NCBI GenBank assembly: GCA_036149055.1
Contig: JAYZQJ010000288.1
Coordinates: 1-31,463, forward strand
Direction: 5' to 3'
From: Myxococcota bacterium
Lineage (GTDB): Bacteria > Myxococcota_A > Polyangia > Polyangiales > Sandaracinaceae
Length of the DNA stretch: 31,463 bases
The stretch's first letter is position 1. Every line of letters begins with the position of its first letter. Below, in pieces: positions 17,072 through 28,056 of this stretch. The translations under genes were made by a program, and so were the position numbers. Below the pieces are notes generated by a model. That model ran no database searches. It worked only from the letters and a program-made list of their open reading frames with translations, and was not told the DNA's origin.

Positions 17072-17086
17072 CGCGACGAGGGGGAC
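17051..17086. terminator. Stem-loop between convergent genes
   Basis: GTCCCCCTC-TCGCGTC / GGT loop / GACGCGA-(C bulge)-GAGGGGGAC forms a 16-bp stem 7 nt past the FKBP stop. There is no clear U-tract. Confidence 0.6.
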
Positions 17087-17093
17087 TTCCACT

Positions 17094-18476
<1,383 letters not shown>

Positions 18477-18492
18477 CGGCGGGACTGTAGCA
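18477..18492 (-). promoter_or_regulatory. Extended -10 element (TGnTACAGT) 7 nt upstream of the FKBP ATG
   Basis: Minus strand reads TGC-TACAGT-CCCGCCG-ATG. Confidence 0.5.
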
Positions 18493-18516
18493 GCCCACCA
18501 CGAAGAAACCTCCCTT

Positions 18517-19614
18517 TCAGCCCGTGTGGTCGGCGAGCCGATCGGGCTGGGCGCGGTCGGGGCGGACCAGGGCGCCGAGGGGATCGTGCTCGCCGTCCAT
18601 GAGGCGGGCGCAGAGCTCGCCCGCGGCCACCGCCACCGTCATGCCGCGGCCGCCGAAGCCGGCCATCCAGCTCACGCCGGGCGCCCGCGGATCGGGGCCG
18701 ATCACCAGCTCCCGGTCGTGGGCGTAGGTCCGGAGGCAGGCCCACTTGGTGCGGACCGGCGCGTCCACCAGGCTGGGGGCGACCGGGTCGAGGGCCTCGG
18801 CCAGCGCCTCGAGCGCCGCCGGATCGGCCGCGGGCAGCGACGGGGCGACCGGCTCCTCGTCGCAGGGGCTCGCGAGCACGCCGCCGGACTCGGGGCGCCA
18901 GTAGACCTGGGGCGCGCCGAAACGCCACACCGTCGTGCCCGCCGCGCGGGGATCGGCCTCGAGCAGCACGAGGTGGCGGCGGAGGGCGACGAGCGGGATG
19001 TCCGCGCCGGCGAGCGCGCCGAGCTCCCCCGCCCAGGCCCCGGCGGCGATCACCACCTCGTCGGCCTCGATCCGCTCGGACTCGAGCTCGACCCCGCGGC
19101 CGGACAGCCCCCGGACCGGGGCGCCCATGCGCACCCGCACCCCGAGGTCCCGGGCCGCGCGGTGGAGCGCGCCGACCATCGCGTGCGGGTCGAAGATGCC
19201 CGCCCCCTCGATCCGCAGCGGCACGCCCGCCTGCGCGGTGATGACGGGGCTCTCGGCGCGGGCGGCGTCGAGGTCGATGGGCGCGGCCCGCACCCCGCCC
19301 TTCTCGGCGCCGCGGGCCACCGAGGCCGCGCCCGCCTCGTCCGGGGCGAGCACCAGGGCCCCGCTCCGCGTCAGCCACTCCGCCTCGTGCCCGAGGAGCC
19401 CGCTCAGCACCTCGGCGCTGCGCAGGGCCAACGGGCCGGTCGTCTCGTCGTCGTCGACCGGGAGCCAGATCTGCGCGTTGCGCGCCGAGCTGTGGCTGCC
19501 CAGCGCCGGCTCCATCTCGAGCAGGGTCACGTCGCGACCGCGCTCGGCCAGCGCCTTGGCCACCGAGAGCCCGGCGATGCCGCCGCCGACCACCACGCTG
19601 CGCGCACGCTTCAT
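18517..19614 (-). CDS. FAD-dependent oxidoreductase, D-amino-acid oxidase/glycine-sarcosine oxidase family (~365 aa)
   Basis: [11 protein letters not shown] dinucleotide-binding motif, [40 protein letters not shown]. Confidence 0.9.
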   Translation of the reverse strand: MKRARSVVVGGGIAGLSVAKALAERGRDVTLLEMEPALGSHSSARNAQIWLPVDDDETTGPLALRSAEVLSGLLGHEAEWLTRSGALVLAPDEAGAASVARGAEKGGVRAAPIDLDAARAESPVITAQAGVPLRIEGAGIFDPHAMVGALHRAARDLGVRVRMGAPVRGLSGRGVELESERIEADEVVIAAGAWAGELGALAGADIPLVALRRHLVLLEADPRAAGTTVWRFGAPQVYWRPESGGVLASPCDEEPVAPSLPAADPAALEALAEALDPVAPSLVDAPVRTKWACLRTYAHDRELVIGPDPRAPGVSWMAGFGGRGMTVAVAAGELCARLMDGEHDPLGALVRPDRAQPDRLADHTG

Positions 19615-19649
19615 CGCGCGGAACCCTAACAACGCTGCTAAGGCTCGCC
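19615..19649. promoter_or_regulatory. 35-bp divergent promoter region with back-to-back extended -10-like boxes
   Basis: Minus strand: TGT-TAGGGT, 8 nt before ATG 19614. Plus strand: TGC-TAAGGC, 5 nt before ATG 19650. Confidence 0.45.
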
Positions 19650-20252
19650 ATGGCGGTCGACGAAGAGAGGCTCCGAGCGCAGCAGAAGCTGCGCATGAGC
19701 CACATGCCCTGGCTCTACTTCCGGGCCAAGCCGGCGATCCGCGCCTGGGCGGAGCCGTGGCAGGCGGAGGTGCAGGCGGCGCTGGCCGCGCTCGAGGAGG
19801 TCGAGCTCGCGGCGGGCTGCTTCATCGCGCCCGAGGCTCGGATCTTCGCCGAGCCGCACCGCCCGGTGCGCATCGGCGAGGGCGCGAGCGTCGCCGCCGC
19901 CGCCTTCCTCCATGGCCCGATCACCCTCGGCGCGGGAGCCAGCGTCAACCCGCGCGCGAGCCTGGACGGCGGCCGCGCCGGCATCTCGATCGGCGCCGGC
20001 ACGCGCATCGCGACCGGGGCGGTGATCTTCGCCTGGGATCACGGCACCACGCCGGGGACCCCCATCGCGGACCAACCCACCCGCTCGCGCGGCGTCCGGA
20101 TCGGCGCCGACGTGTGGATCGGGGCCAACGCGGGCGTGACCGACGGGGTGACGATCGGCGACGGCGCGGTCATCGGGATGGGCGCGGTGGTCACCCGTGA
20201 CGTGCCGGCGGGGGCCAAGATCGGGGGCGTGCCGGCGCGGCCGTTGGGCTGA
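19650..20252 (+). CDS. Hexapeptide-repeat (left-handed beta-helix) acyltransferase, maltose/galactoside O-acetyltransferase-like, 200 aa
   Basis: [65 protein letters not shown]. Confidence 0.92.
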   Translation: MAVDEERLRAQQKLRMSHMPWLYFRAKPAIRAWAEPWQAEVQAALAALEEVELAAGCFIAPEARIFAEPHRPVRIGEGASVAAAAFLHGPITLGAGASVNPRASLDGGRAGISIGAGTRIATGAVIFAWDHGTTPGTPIADQPTRSRGVRIGADVWIGANAGVTDGVTIGDGAVIGMGAVVTRDVPAGAKIGGVPARPLG

Positions 20253-20311
20253 AGAGCGCCCCCTTTCGTCGCGCATCGGGGGAGGGCACGTTATGATGAC
20301 GTCCCCATCGA

Positions 20312-22018
20312 ATGACACGCTTTTCTTTGATGTTCGGGGCCGTCGCGCTCCTCTTCGCGATCGGCTCGTCGGGCTGCTCGCTCCGCCGCAGCGGCGTCGC
20401 CCCGGCGGACGCCGGCGTGCGCATGGACGGTCAGCCGCCGACCACCGACTGCAGCGCGGACCGCGAATGCGACGACGGGCTGTTCTGCAACGGCTTCGAG
20501 ATCTGCAGCGGCGGCGTCTGCATCGCCGGCAGCCCGCCGCGCTGTGACGACGACGTCGCCTGCACGATCGACGTGTGCGACGAGGCGAGCGACGCGTGCC
20601 TGCGGCTCCCGGACCACCCGATGTGCGCCGACGACGAGCTCTGCTCGCCTTCGGAGGGCTGCGTCCCGGTCGAGCCGTGTGCGTCGGACGCGGAGTGCGA
20701 CGACGGCTTCGTGTGCAACGGCGCGGAGCGCTGCGACGGCGATCGCTGCGTCGCGGGGACGGCGCCGACCTGTGACGACACCGTCACGTGCACCATCGAC
20801 GCCTGCTCCGAGGCGCTCGGCGGCTGCGTGAGCACCCCCGACGCGCGCGAGTGCGCCGGAGACTTCGTCTGCGATCCGGCGGCGGGCTGCGTGCCGCCGA
20901 CCCTGTGCACGTCGGACGCGGACTGCGACGACGGGAACTTCTGCGACGGCGCCGAGCGCTGCGTCGACGGTCGGTGCGGGCCCGGCACCCCGCCGGACTG
21001 CAACGACGGCGTCGCCTGCACCGTCGACGCCTGCGACGACGTCGCCGACGCGTGCGTGAACGTGGCCGACGACTCCCTCTGTCCGCTCGACCGCCAGTGC
21101 ATCGCCCCGGGCGGCTGCACCTTCGTGGGCGACTGTGTCACCGCCGCGGACTGCGACGACGGCTTCTTCTGCAACGGGCTCGAGGACTGCGTCGCCGGGC
21201 GCTGCGCGGCCGGGGTCGCGCCGAGCTGCGGCGACGCGGTGGCCTGCACCGTCGACTTCTGTGACGAGGTCGCCGAGCGCTGCGCGAACCTGGTCGACGA
21301 CTCGCGGTGCGCGGCGAACGAGAGCTGCGACGCGGCGATGGGCTGCGTGCCGGAGTGCACGGGCGACGCGGACTGCGACGACGGTCAGTTCTGCAACGGC
21401 GCGGAGACCTGCGTGATGGGCGCGTGCACGCCGGGCACGGCGCCCGCGTGTGACGACGCCATCGCCTGCACGATCGACGGCTGCGACGAGACCGCGGACA
21501 CCTGCCGGAGCATCCCGGACGACGCGATGTGCGGGTCGAGCGAGACCTGCAGCGCGACGATGGGCTGCGTGCCGGAGTGCACGGGCGACGCAGACTGCGA
21601 CGACGGGCTCTTCTGCAACGGCGCGGAGACCTGCGTGATGGGCGGCTGCGTGCCGGGCACGGCCCCGGACTGCGACGACGCGGTGATGTGCACGATCGAC
21701 GGCTGCGACGAGACGGCGGACACGTGCCGGAACATCCCGGACGACGGGATGTGCGGGCCGAGCGAGACGTGCAGCGCGTCGATGGGCTGCGTGCCGGAGT
21801 GCACGGGCGACGCGGACTGCGACGACGGGCTGTTCTGCAACGGCGCGGAGACCTGCGTGATGGGCGGGTGCATGCCGGGCACGGCCCCGGACTGCGACGA
21901 CGCGGTCGACTGCACCACCGATCTCTGCGACGAGACCGGGGACCTCTGCCGGAACCTGCCCGACGACTCGGCGTGCACCGGCCCGCTGGTGTGCACGCCG
22001 AGCGGCTGCGCGCCCTGA
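20312..22018 (+). CDS. Cys/Asp-rich repeat surface lipoprotein, 568 aa
   Basis: Signal peptide with lipobox SSGC, then seven ~74-aa repeats of C..D.DCDDG.FCNG.E.C..G.C..G..P.CDD...CT.D.CDE....C...PDD..C. Confidence 0.9.
   Translation: MTRFSLMFGAVALLFAIGSSGCSLRRSGVAPADAGVRMDGQPPTTDCSADRECDDGLFCNGFEICSGGVCIAGSPPRCDDDVACTIDVCDEASDACLRLPDHPMCADDELCSPSEGCVPVEPCASDAECDDGFVCNGAERCDGDRCVAGTAPTCDDTVTCTIDACSEALGGCVSTPDARECAGDFVCDPAAGCVPPTLCTSDADCDDGNFCDGAERCVDGRCGPGTPPDCNDGVACTVDACDDVADACVNVADDSLCPLDRQCIAPGGCTFVGDCVTAADCDDGFFCNGLEDCVAGRCAAGVAPSCGDAVACTVDFCDEVAERCANLVDDSRCAANESCDAAMGCVPECTGDADCDDGQFCNGAETCVMGACTPGTAPACDDAIACTIDGCDETADTCRSIPDDAMCGSSETCSATMGCVPECTGDADCDDGLFCNGAETCVMGGCVPGTAPDCDDAVMCTIDGCDETADTCRNIPDDGMCGPSETCSASMGCVPECTGDADCDDGLFCNGAETCVMGGCMPGTAPDCDDAVDCTTDLCDETGDLCRNLPDDSACTGPLVCTPSGCAP
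21335..21980 (+). repeat. Three near-identical 222-bp intragenic tandem repeats
   Basis: TGCGACGACGG...TTCTGCAACGGCGCGGAGACCTGCGTGATGGGC starts at 21374, 21596 and 21818. Confidence 0.9.
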
Positions 22019-22023
22019 TCAGA

Positions 22024-23082
22024 TCAGAGGCGGAAGACGGTCGCGCCCCAGGTGAACCCGCTGCCGAACACGGTGGAGAGGATCATGTCGCCCTTCTTCA
22101 CCTTGCCCTCCTTGCGCCAGTGATCGATGGTCAACGGCACCGTCGCGGCGGTGGTGTTGCCATAGAACATGATGCTGTTGAGGGCCTTCTCGGGCGGGAT
22201 CTCGGCGTACTGCACGACCTGCTCGTTGATGCGCAGGTTGGCCTGGTGGGGCACGAACCAGTCGATGTCGTCCCAGGTCAGGCCGGTCTTCTCGAGCGCG
22301 CGGTTGGTGGCGACCACCATGTTGCGCACCGCGTGGAGGAAGACCCGCTTGCCGACCATCTGCGGGTACATGATCTCGTTCTGCTCGCGGTCCTTCGCGT
22401 CGTAGAAGACGTAGGGCTTGTGCCCGATGTCGAAGACCTTGAGGTAGAGGTTCATCGCGCCCGAGCCGTCGGCCTGCGCGTGCGTGTAGAGCACGCCCTC
22501 CTTCTCGTCGTCGGTCTCGGTCTTGCCGATCACCATCGCGCCGGCGCCGTCGCCGAAGAGCACCATGATGTCGCGGCCGCGCGTCGTGTAGTCGAGCGAG
22601 TGGCTGTGCAGCTCCGCGCCGATGAGCAGGATCTTCTCGTACTTGCCGGTGCGGATGAACGCGTCGGCCATCTCCATGCCGTAGACGAAGCCGCTGCACT
22701 GCTGGCGGATGTCGTAGCAGGCGCAGCCGTCCTCCCCGGCGATGCCGAGCTTGTCCTGGACGAAGACCGCGGTGCCCGGGAAGTGGATGTCGGGCGAGAG
22801 CGTGCCGAGGATGATGCAGTCGATGTCCTTCGGCTCGAGGCCGGCGTCGGCGATCGCGCGCTTGGCCGCCTCGACGCCGAGGTCGCTGGTCCGCCACTCG
22901 CCGTCGTTCGGCACGTAGCGGCGCTCCTGGATCCCGGTGCGGGCCCGGATCCACTCGTCGCTCGTCTCCGTCTGCTGCGCGTCCTGTCGGACGTGCTGAT
23001 CGTCGAGGAACGGGATCTCGTCGTTGGGGACGACCCGGTCGGGGACATAGGAGCCGAGGCCGAGGATCTTGGCGCGAATCAT
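22024..23082 (-). CDS. fabH: 3-oxoacyl-ACP synthase III (FabH family), ~352 aa
   Basis: ILGLGSYVP, TSDEWIRARTGIQERR, catalytic Cys QQCSGF, LFGDGAGA, His VPHQAN, Asn YGNT, FGSGFTWG. Confidence 0.9.
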   Translation of the reverse strand: MIRAKILGLGSYVPDRVVPNDEIPFLDDQHVRQDAQQTETSDEWIRARTGIQERRYVPNDGEWRTSDLGVEAAKRAIADAGLEPKDIDCIILGTLSPDIHFPGTAVFVQDKLGIAGEDGCACYDIRQQCSGFVYGMEMADAFIRTGKYEKILLIGAELHSHSLDYTTRGRDIMVLFGDGAGAMVIGKTETDDEKEGVLYTHAQADGSGAMNLYLKVFDIGHKPYVFYDAKDREQNEIMYPQMVGKRVFLHAVRNMVVATNRALEKTGLTWDDIDWFVPHQANLRINEQVVQYAEIPPEKALNSIMFYGNTTAATVPLTIDHWRKEGKVKKGDMILSTVFGSGFTWGATVFRL

Positions 23083-23121
23083 CGCTTCGCTGATAGCGCG
23101 TTTCCGGGCCTGGTCCAAGCG

Positions 23122-25458
23122 TCAGCGGGTCAGCGCGAGCTCGGGGGAGTGGGCCGACGCGGTGACGAACGCCGGCAGCGCGACGCTCAGCGGCACCCCC
23201 GGGTCCACCGCGAGCAGGAGCACCCGGCTCGCCTCCCGCTGGGCCCGCTCGCGGAGGGCCGGGGCCAGGCTGCCGCGGTCGAGCGTCTGCAGCGCGCCCG
23301 CGGTGCTCGCGAGCTGGTAGCGCCCGCCGTGCTCGATCCGCAGGACCCAGTGCACGAACCCCGGCGAGGGGCGGCGGTCCAAGAAGCGCACCGCCCCGAG
23401 CGCCCCGTCGGGCCCGCGCGCGATCAGGTGGACCTCGGCCGCGCCGGCGCGGTGCCCGAGGAGCGCGAGCCCCACCAGGGCGGAGGCGGGCGAATCTGCC
23501 CCCGCGGCGACGGTCAGCCGCCCGTCGCGCGCCCCGTCCGAGATGGCCCGGGCGAGCCGGCCCGACGCGAAGCCGGCCTCGAGGTCCCCCGGGTAGCCGA
23601 CCCGCTGACCGCCCGCGACCGCGCCCCGTCGGTCGAGCACGATCTCGGCCGGTTCCTCGACCGGCGAGAGCCAGGCGCTGGAGGTGGGCAGCGCGAAGCG
23701 CTCGGCCGCCGCCTCCCCGACCGCGCCGGCGAGCAGCCCGCTCCCGCCTCGCGCGGCCGCAGAATCGAAGCGCGCCTCCGCCTCGGCCTGCGCGTCGCCG
23801 ATGAGGGCGAAGAGCAGCAGCAGGGGCGCGAGCGAGGCGAGGCCGCCCACCGACACCGGGGTCGCGCGCCCCCGGAAGCTGACGGCGAGGGTGGTCGCGG
23901 CCAGCGGGATCGCGAGCACGAACCAGGGCCACGCGTCCGCCCAGACGGCGAGCGCCTCCGCGCGTCCCGCCAGCCGGATGGCCTGGCCGACGTCGTCGCC
24001 CGCGCGCGAGACCAGGTGGCGCCAGGTCACGTGGGACGCGGTGGTCCCCGCCGCCGCCAGGGCCAGGCCTGCGGCCACCGCGGCGCCGATCGGCAGCGGC
24101 GCGTGCTTGCGCCCCGCGTCCCCGCTCGCGGCCCAGAACACGAGGGGCAGCACGAACGCCGCGGCGAGCATCGCCATGCCGAGGAGCGCCGCCTCGGCGT
24201 GCGCGTCGTCGAGGGTGTTGCCGAGCGGGGCGAAGGGCACGACGGCGGCCAGGCCGAAGATCGCGTGCGCGCGCCGGCGGTGCGGGGCCCGGCGGATCAG
24301 CGCGGCCGCGGCGAGCAACACGGCGACCGCGAACAGGAGCGGGGCGGCGTAGGCGGCGCCCACCGCGCCGGCCTTCAGGCGGCGCGAGAGGCTCGCGCCG
24401 TCGAGCCGCATCAGCTCCGCCCCCCACCACGGCGCCGAGGCGAGCGCGATCAGCGGCAGCTCGCTGCCCGGGACCAGGCGCCAGACGCGCAGGCTCGAGA
24501 CCCCGATCCCGATCCCGAGGGCCACGGTGAGCAGGCCGAGCGCTGCCGCGTCGCGGCCCACGTGCAGGCCGTGGATCGCGGACAGCATCTCGGGCACCGC
24601 GATCGCCGCGACGAACCCGACCGCCGGCGCCAGGAGGCCCAGGAACGGCGCGTAGGATGGAGGCCGCGGGGCCGGCGTCGCCTCCCCGTCCCGGAGCAGC
24701 AGACTGGGCTGCCGCAGGAGCCGCAGCCGCGCGAGGAGCCCGGGCGCGCTGGCGCTCAGGGCCAACGCGGGGCCGTCGGCCGGGTAACGGAAGGCGACGC
24801 TCCGGGCCCCGATCGCGGGCAAGCCGGGCGCCGCCTCGCGGAGCGCGTCCCAGCGCCGCTGGAAGGCGCCGTCGAGCCGCGCCGGCGGCGCGAGGAGGAC
24901 CCGCTCGCGCCCCACGACCGCCTCGCCGACGGCGAGCGCGCGGACGTCGCTCTCCCGGCCGTCGAGCACCACCGCGAGCAGCCGCGCCCGGCGGAGGTGC
25001 CGGCGGAGGCGCGCCTCCCAGCCCGCCATCGGAGAGGGGCGCACCGGCCCGGAGGCCGGCCCCGGGCGAGGGCGCGCCACCGGGATCACCGGGCCCGCGT
25101 GGCTCAGCGAGCGCACGAGCGCGCGCTCCAGCAGGTGATCGCCGAGGTCCCGCCAGAAACCCGGGCTCACCACGAGCAGGCGCGCGTACCAGGGGCGCTC
25201 GCTCCGGGCGAAGGCGTGCACGAGCACCACCGGGCGCCGGCCGTCGGCCTCGGCGATCTCGAGCGGGTCCGGCGACCGGAGCCGCGAGGCCGCGAGCGCG
25301 AGCCCCGGCCAGGCGAGCGCCAGGAGCCCGGTGAGCAGGGCGGCGCCGAGCGGCACGTCGCCCGCCAGCCACGCGATCAGCAGGATCGGGGCGACCAGCG
25401 GCGTCGCCCACACGACGATCGCGAGCCCCCAGCCGGCCGTCTCTCGAAGCGCGCGCAA
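23122..25458 (-). CDS. Polytopic membrane protein of unknown function with soluble N-proximal alpha/beta domain and C-terminal ExbD-like region, 778 aa
   Basis: GC3-biased frame with roughly 10-12 hydrophobic segments. An in-frame stop at 25477-25479 bounds the start (TTG 25458). C-terminal LTVAAGADSPASALVGL...AGAAEVHLI resembles ExbD/TolR. Confidence 0.65.
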   Translation of the reverse strand: MRALRETAGWGLAIVVWATPLVAPILLIAWLAGDVPLGAALLTGLLALAWPGLALAASRLRSPDPLEIAEADGRRPVVLVHAFARSERPWYARLLVVSPGFWRDLGDHLLERALVRSLSHAGPVIPVARPRPGPASGPVRPSPMAGWEARLRRHLRRARLLAVVLDGRESDVRALAVGEAVVGRERVLLAPPARLDGAFQRRWDALREAAPGLPAIGARSVAFRYPADGPALALSASAPGLLARLRLLRQPSLLLRDGEATPAPRPPSYAPFLGLLAPAVGFVAAIAVPEMLSAIHGLHVGRDAAALGLLTVALGIGIGVSSLRVWRLVPGSELPLIALASAPWWGAELMRLDGASLSRRLKAGAVGAAYAAPLLFAVAVLLAAAALIRRAPHRRRAHAIFGLAAVVPFAPLGNTLDDAHAEAALLGMAMLAAAFVLPLVFWAASGDAGRKHAPLPIGAAVAAGLALAAAGTTASHVTWRHLVSRAGDDVGQAIRLAGRAEALAVWADAWPWFVLAIPLAATTLAVSFRGRATPVSVGGLASLAPLLLLFALIGDAQAEAEARFDSAAARGGSGLLAGAVGEAAAERFALPTSSAWLSPVEEPAEIVLDRRGAVAGGQRVGYPGDLEAGFASGRLARAISDGARDGRLTVAAGADSPASALVGLALLGHRAGAAEVHLIARGPDGALGAVRFLDRRPSPGFVHWVLRIEHGGRYQLASTAGALQTLDRGSLAPALRERAQREASRVLLLAVDPGVPLSVALPAFVTASAHSPELALTR

Positions 25459-25686
25459 GCGTCCCCCGGCGAGAGACTAGTGCGAGATCCATCCCGGTAG
25501 AAGGGGACCTGGCTCGTCCCGACGCTCCAGGGCGGCGTTGCTCCTCCTCGCCGATGCGGGGCATCGACTCGTCGTCGCGCCTTGCCCCGAAACGCCGTCC
25601 GGCGCCATCTCCCCTTCTACCGGTCGGATCTCCGCACTACCCGAGTCCCCTCGATCTTGGGACCGCGCTCGGGGTAGGGGAGGCGG

Positions 25687-26445
25687 GTGAACCGTCACCG
25701 CCTCTACGAGCTCGCCGTGCAGTCGCCCGAGGCCGACGTCGCGTTCTTCGAGCGCGTCTGGGATGGTCCGCGCGCGCCGCTCACCCTGCGAGAGGACTTC
25801 GCCGGCACCGCGCTCGTGGCCGCGGCGTGGGTCGAGAGCGACGACGACCGCGAGGCGACCGCGGTCGAGATCGACCCGGCGGTCCTGCGCGAGGCCGAGC
25901 GGCGGCGGCGGGCGCTCGACGAGGACGAGGCGACGCGGCTGCGCCTGGTCCGAGGGGACGCCCGGGCGCTCTCGGGCGCCTGCTTCGACCTGATCGCGGC
26001 CCTGAACTTCTCCTGGGCCCTCTTCGACGACGACGCGCTGGCCGAGTACCTCGCGCACGCCCGGGCCTGCCTCGAGGACGACGGCCTCCTGATCCTCGAG
26101 CGCTTCGGGGGGCCGGCCTTCGCCGAGCCCCGTCGCGACGCCCACCGGCACGACGGCTTCACCTACGTCTGGGAGCAGCGCGGCGCCTCGGGCGGCTGGC
26201 TGGACGCCCGCATCCACTTCGAGCTCGACGGCGGCCGGGTGCTGCGGGACGCCTTCCGATACCGCTTCAAGCTGCGGTCGTTCGAGGAGGAGCGGCGCCT
26301 GCTGCACGAGGCCGGCTTCGACCGGATCCGGTACTTCGCCGAAGATCGCCTCGGTCGCATCGCAGCGCGGGCGCGGGAGCCGCGGGCCCGGCTGCATCGG
26401 GGGGCCTGGGTCGCGGGTGGCGCCTCGAGTCGACGGACCGGCTAG
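25687..26445 (+). CDS. Class I SAM-dependent methyltransferase, 252 aa
   Basis: GGGAGG before GTG. Motifs LYELAVQSPEAD, LREDFAGTA, AVEIDP, GDAR, FDLIAALNFS, L..DGLLILE, FTYVWEQ. Confidence 0.85.
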   Translation: MNRHRLYELAVQSPEADVAFFERVWDGPRAPLTLREDFAGTALVAAAWVESDDDREATAVEIDPAVLREAERRRRALDEDEATRLRLVRGDARALSGACFDLIAALNFSWALFDDDALAEYLAHARACLEDDGLLILERFGGPAFAEPRRDAHRHDGFTYVWEQRGASGGWLDARIHFELDGGRVLRDAFRYRFKLRSFEEERRLLHEAGFDRIRYFAEDRLGRIAARAREPRARLHRGAWVAGGASSRRTG

Positions 26446-26577
26446 CCGGCTGGCCGGTTGTCGGCCTCGATCCCCCACGCGAGGCCCCCTCCGACGTCGG
26501 CCAGCGGATTGCAGGGTGCGCCCCTCGAGGCTCGACGCGCCCGCTCGGAGGGGCGTCCGCCGCATCTGGAGGGATCG

Positions 26578-28011
26578 ATGAATCGCGCTTTGATTGGTGC
26601 GGTCGCGGCGCTGTGTGCGCTCGCCGGCTGCGACGCGTCCGGACCCGGGACGACCCCCGAGGACTCGGGCATGGTCATGCTCATGGACGGCGGCTCGCCG
26701 CCGACCGGTGACCCCGACGCCGACACCCCGCCGCCTCCGCCGCCCGGCGGCCGCGAGCCCGGCTCCGCCTGCGACTGCGACGCGGAGTGCGCGGGGACCG
26801 ACGCCAACCCCGGCGCCTGCGTGCTCGGCATCTGCATGACCCGCGCGAGCGGGGACTGCTCGGCCGCCGGCTCCACCGCGGAGTGCCCGACCGGCTCCCG
26901 CTGCTGGGGCATCGACGGCGTCACCGGCGGCGTCTGCTGGCCCGACTGCGCGAGCTTCACCTGCGGCGGCGCCTGCGACGGCGACGGATCGTGCGTCCCG
27001 GACGACAGCTCCTCGTGCGACGCGAGCTGCTCCGAGATCTGCTCGGGCGACGAGCCGCCCGCCGACGGCTGCCCGCCCAACTCGCACCGCGAGGGCGACG
27101 GCTGCGTGTGCGACGACGGCTACACCGTCAACGAAGATCGCACCGCCTGCGTGCCCGCCTGCACCTCGACCGCGGACTGCACCGGCGGCGACGTCTGCAC
27201 CGACGGCCGCTGCGAGGCGCCCCCCTGCACGCCGGGCTCCTGCCCCTCGGGTCAGCTCTGCGCGGCGAGCGGCGAGTGCGTGATCGACATCGGCACGCCG
27301 CCCCCGGGGCCGCCCCCCGCCTGCTTGGCCGGCGTGGGCACGGTGCCGGACTGGCGCTGCACCGGATCGAGCTGCGGCGACCTCGTCCCCTTCGACCCCG
27401 ACATGGGCCCGGGTTGGTGGGACTACCCGCTCAACGGCGAGACCGCGTCGGACCAGTACCGCAGCTACATCCGCCGCGACGTGATGATGCTGATCAAGTA
27501 CGCCACCGCGATGGTCGACTGTCAGACCAGCGGCTGGAGCTTCGGCAACGTCGGTGAGCCGCTCGGGCTCGGCGACATGAGCGAGGCGGACGGCTCGATC
27601 CCCGGCACCCGCGACGGGCGCCCCGGGCACCCGGCCGGCACCCACGTGGACGGGCACGACATGGACATCGCCTACTACCAGATGTCCGGCGACAACCGCC
27701 TCCGCAGCGTCTGCCCCCACACCGAGGGCGGCAGCGACGTCTACCACTGCACCGGCGCGCCGAACGACCTCGACCCGTGGCGCACCGCGCTCTTCCTCGG
27801 CCACCTCCACGCGACCCCGAACCTCCGGGTCATCGGCGTGGACGGACGGGTCGGCCCGCTCGTCGACTCGGCGCTCAGCCAGCTCTGCGCCGACGGCTGG
27901 GTCAGCGGCGCGGCCTGCAGCCGTCACAGCATCACGTGGGAGGAGACGGACATGGGGCGCGGCTGGTTCCGCTTCCACCACCACCACCTGCACGTGAGCA
28001 TCAGCGGTTGA
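26578..28011 (+). CDS. Cys-rich lipoprotein with C-terminal MepA-like (LAS family) Zn endopeptidase domain (~477 aa)
   Basis: GGAGGG before ATG 26578 and lipobox LAGC. Cys-rich/EGF-like N-half. LGLGDMS, H-x6-D (HVDGHDMD, 27643-27666) and H-x-H (HHHHLHV, 27976-27996). Confidence 0.8.
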   Translation: MNRALIGAVAALCALAGCDASGPGTTPEDSGMVMLMDGGSPPTGDPDADTPPPPPPGGREPGSACDCDAECAGTDANPGACVLGICMTRASGDCSAAGSTAECPTGSRCWGIDGVTGGVCWPDCASFTCGGACDGDGSCVPDDSSSCDASCSEICSGDEPPADGCPPNSHREGDGCVCDDGYTVNEDRTACVPACTSTADCTGGDVCTDGRCEAPPCTPGSCPSGQLCAASGECVIDIGTPPPGPPPACLAGVGTVPDWRCTGSSCGDLVPFDPDMGPGWWDYPLNGETASDQYRSYIRRDVMMLIKYATAMVDCQTSGWSFGNVGEPLGLGDMSEADGSIPGTRDGRPGHPAGTHVDGHDMDIAYYQMSGDNRLRSVCPHTEGGSDVYHCTGAPNDLDPWRTALFLGHLHATPNLRVIGVDGRVGPLVDSALSQLCADGWVSGAACSRHSITWEETDMGRGWFRFHHHHLHVSISG

Positions 28012-28018
28012 GCGCGTT

Positions 28019-28043
28019 GGGAGGGGCTTCTCGAGCCCCTCCC
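28019..28043. terminator. Stem-loop between convergent genes
   Basis: GGGAGGGGCT-TCTCG-AGCCCCTCCC, a perfect 10-bp stem between the stops at 28011 and 28057. Confidence 0.65.
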
Positions 28044-28056
28044 GACCGCTGCGCCG

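Noticed and set aside
21529..27993. Very long ORFs 21529..25500 +, 22019..25564 - and 25477..27993 -
   Set aside because: Shadow frames of fabH, the membrane protein, the methyltransferase and the lipoprotein genes, with low-complexity translations.
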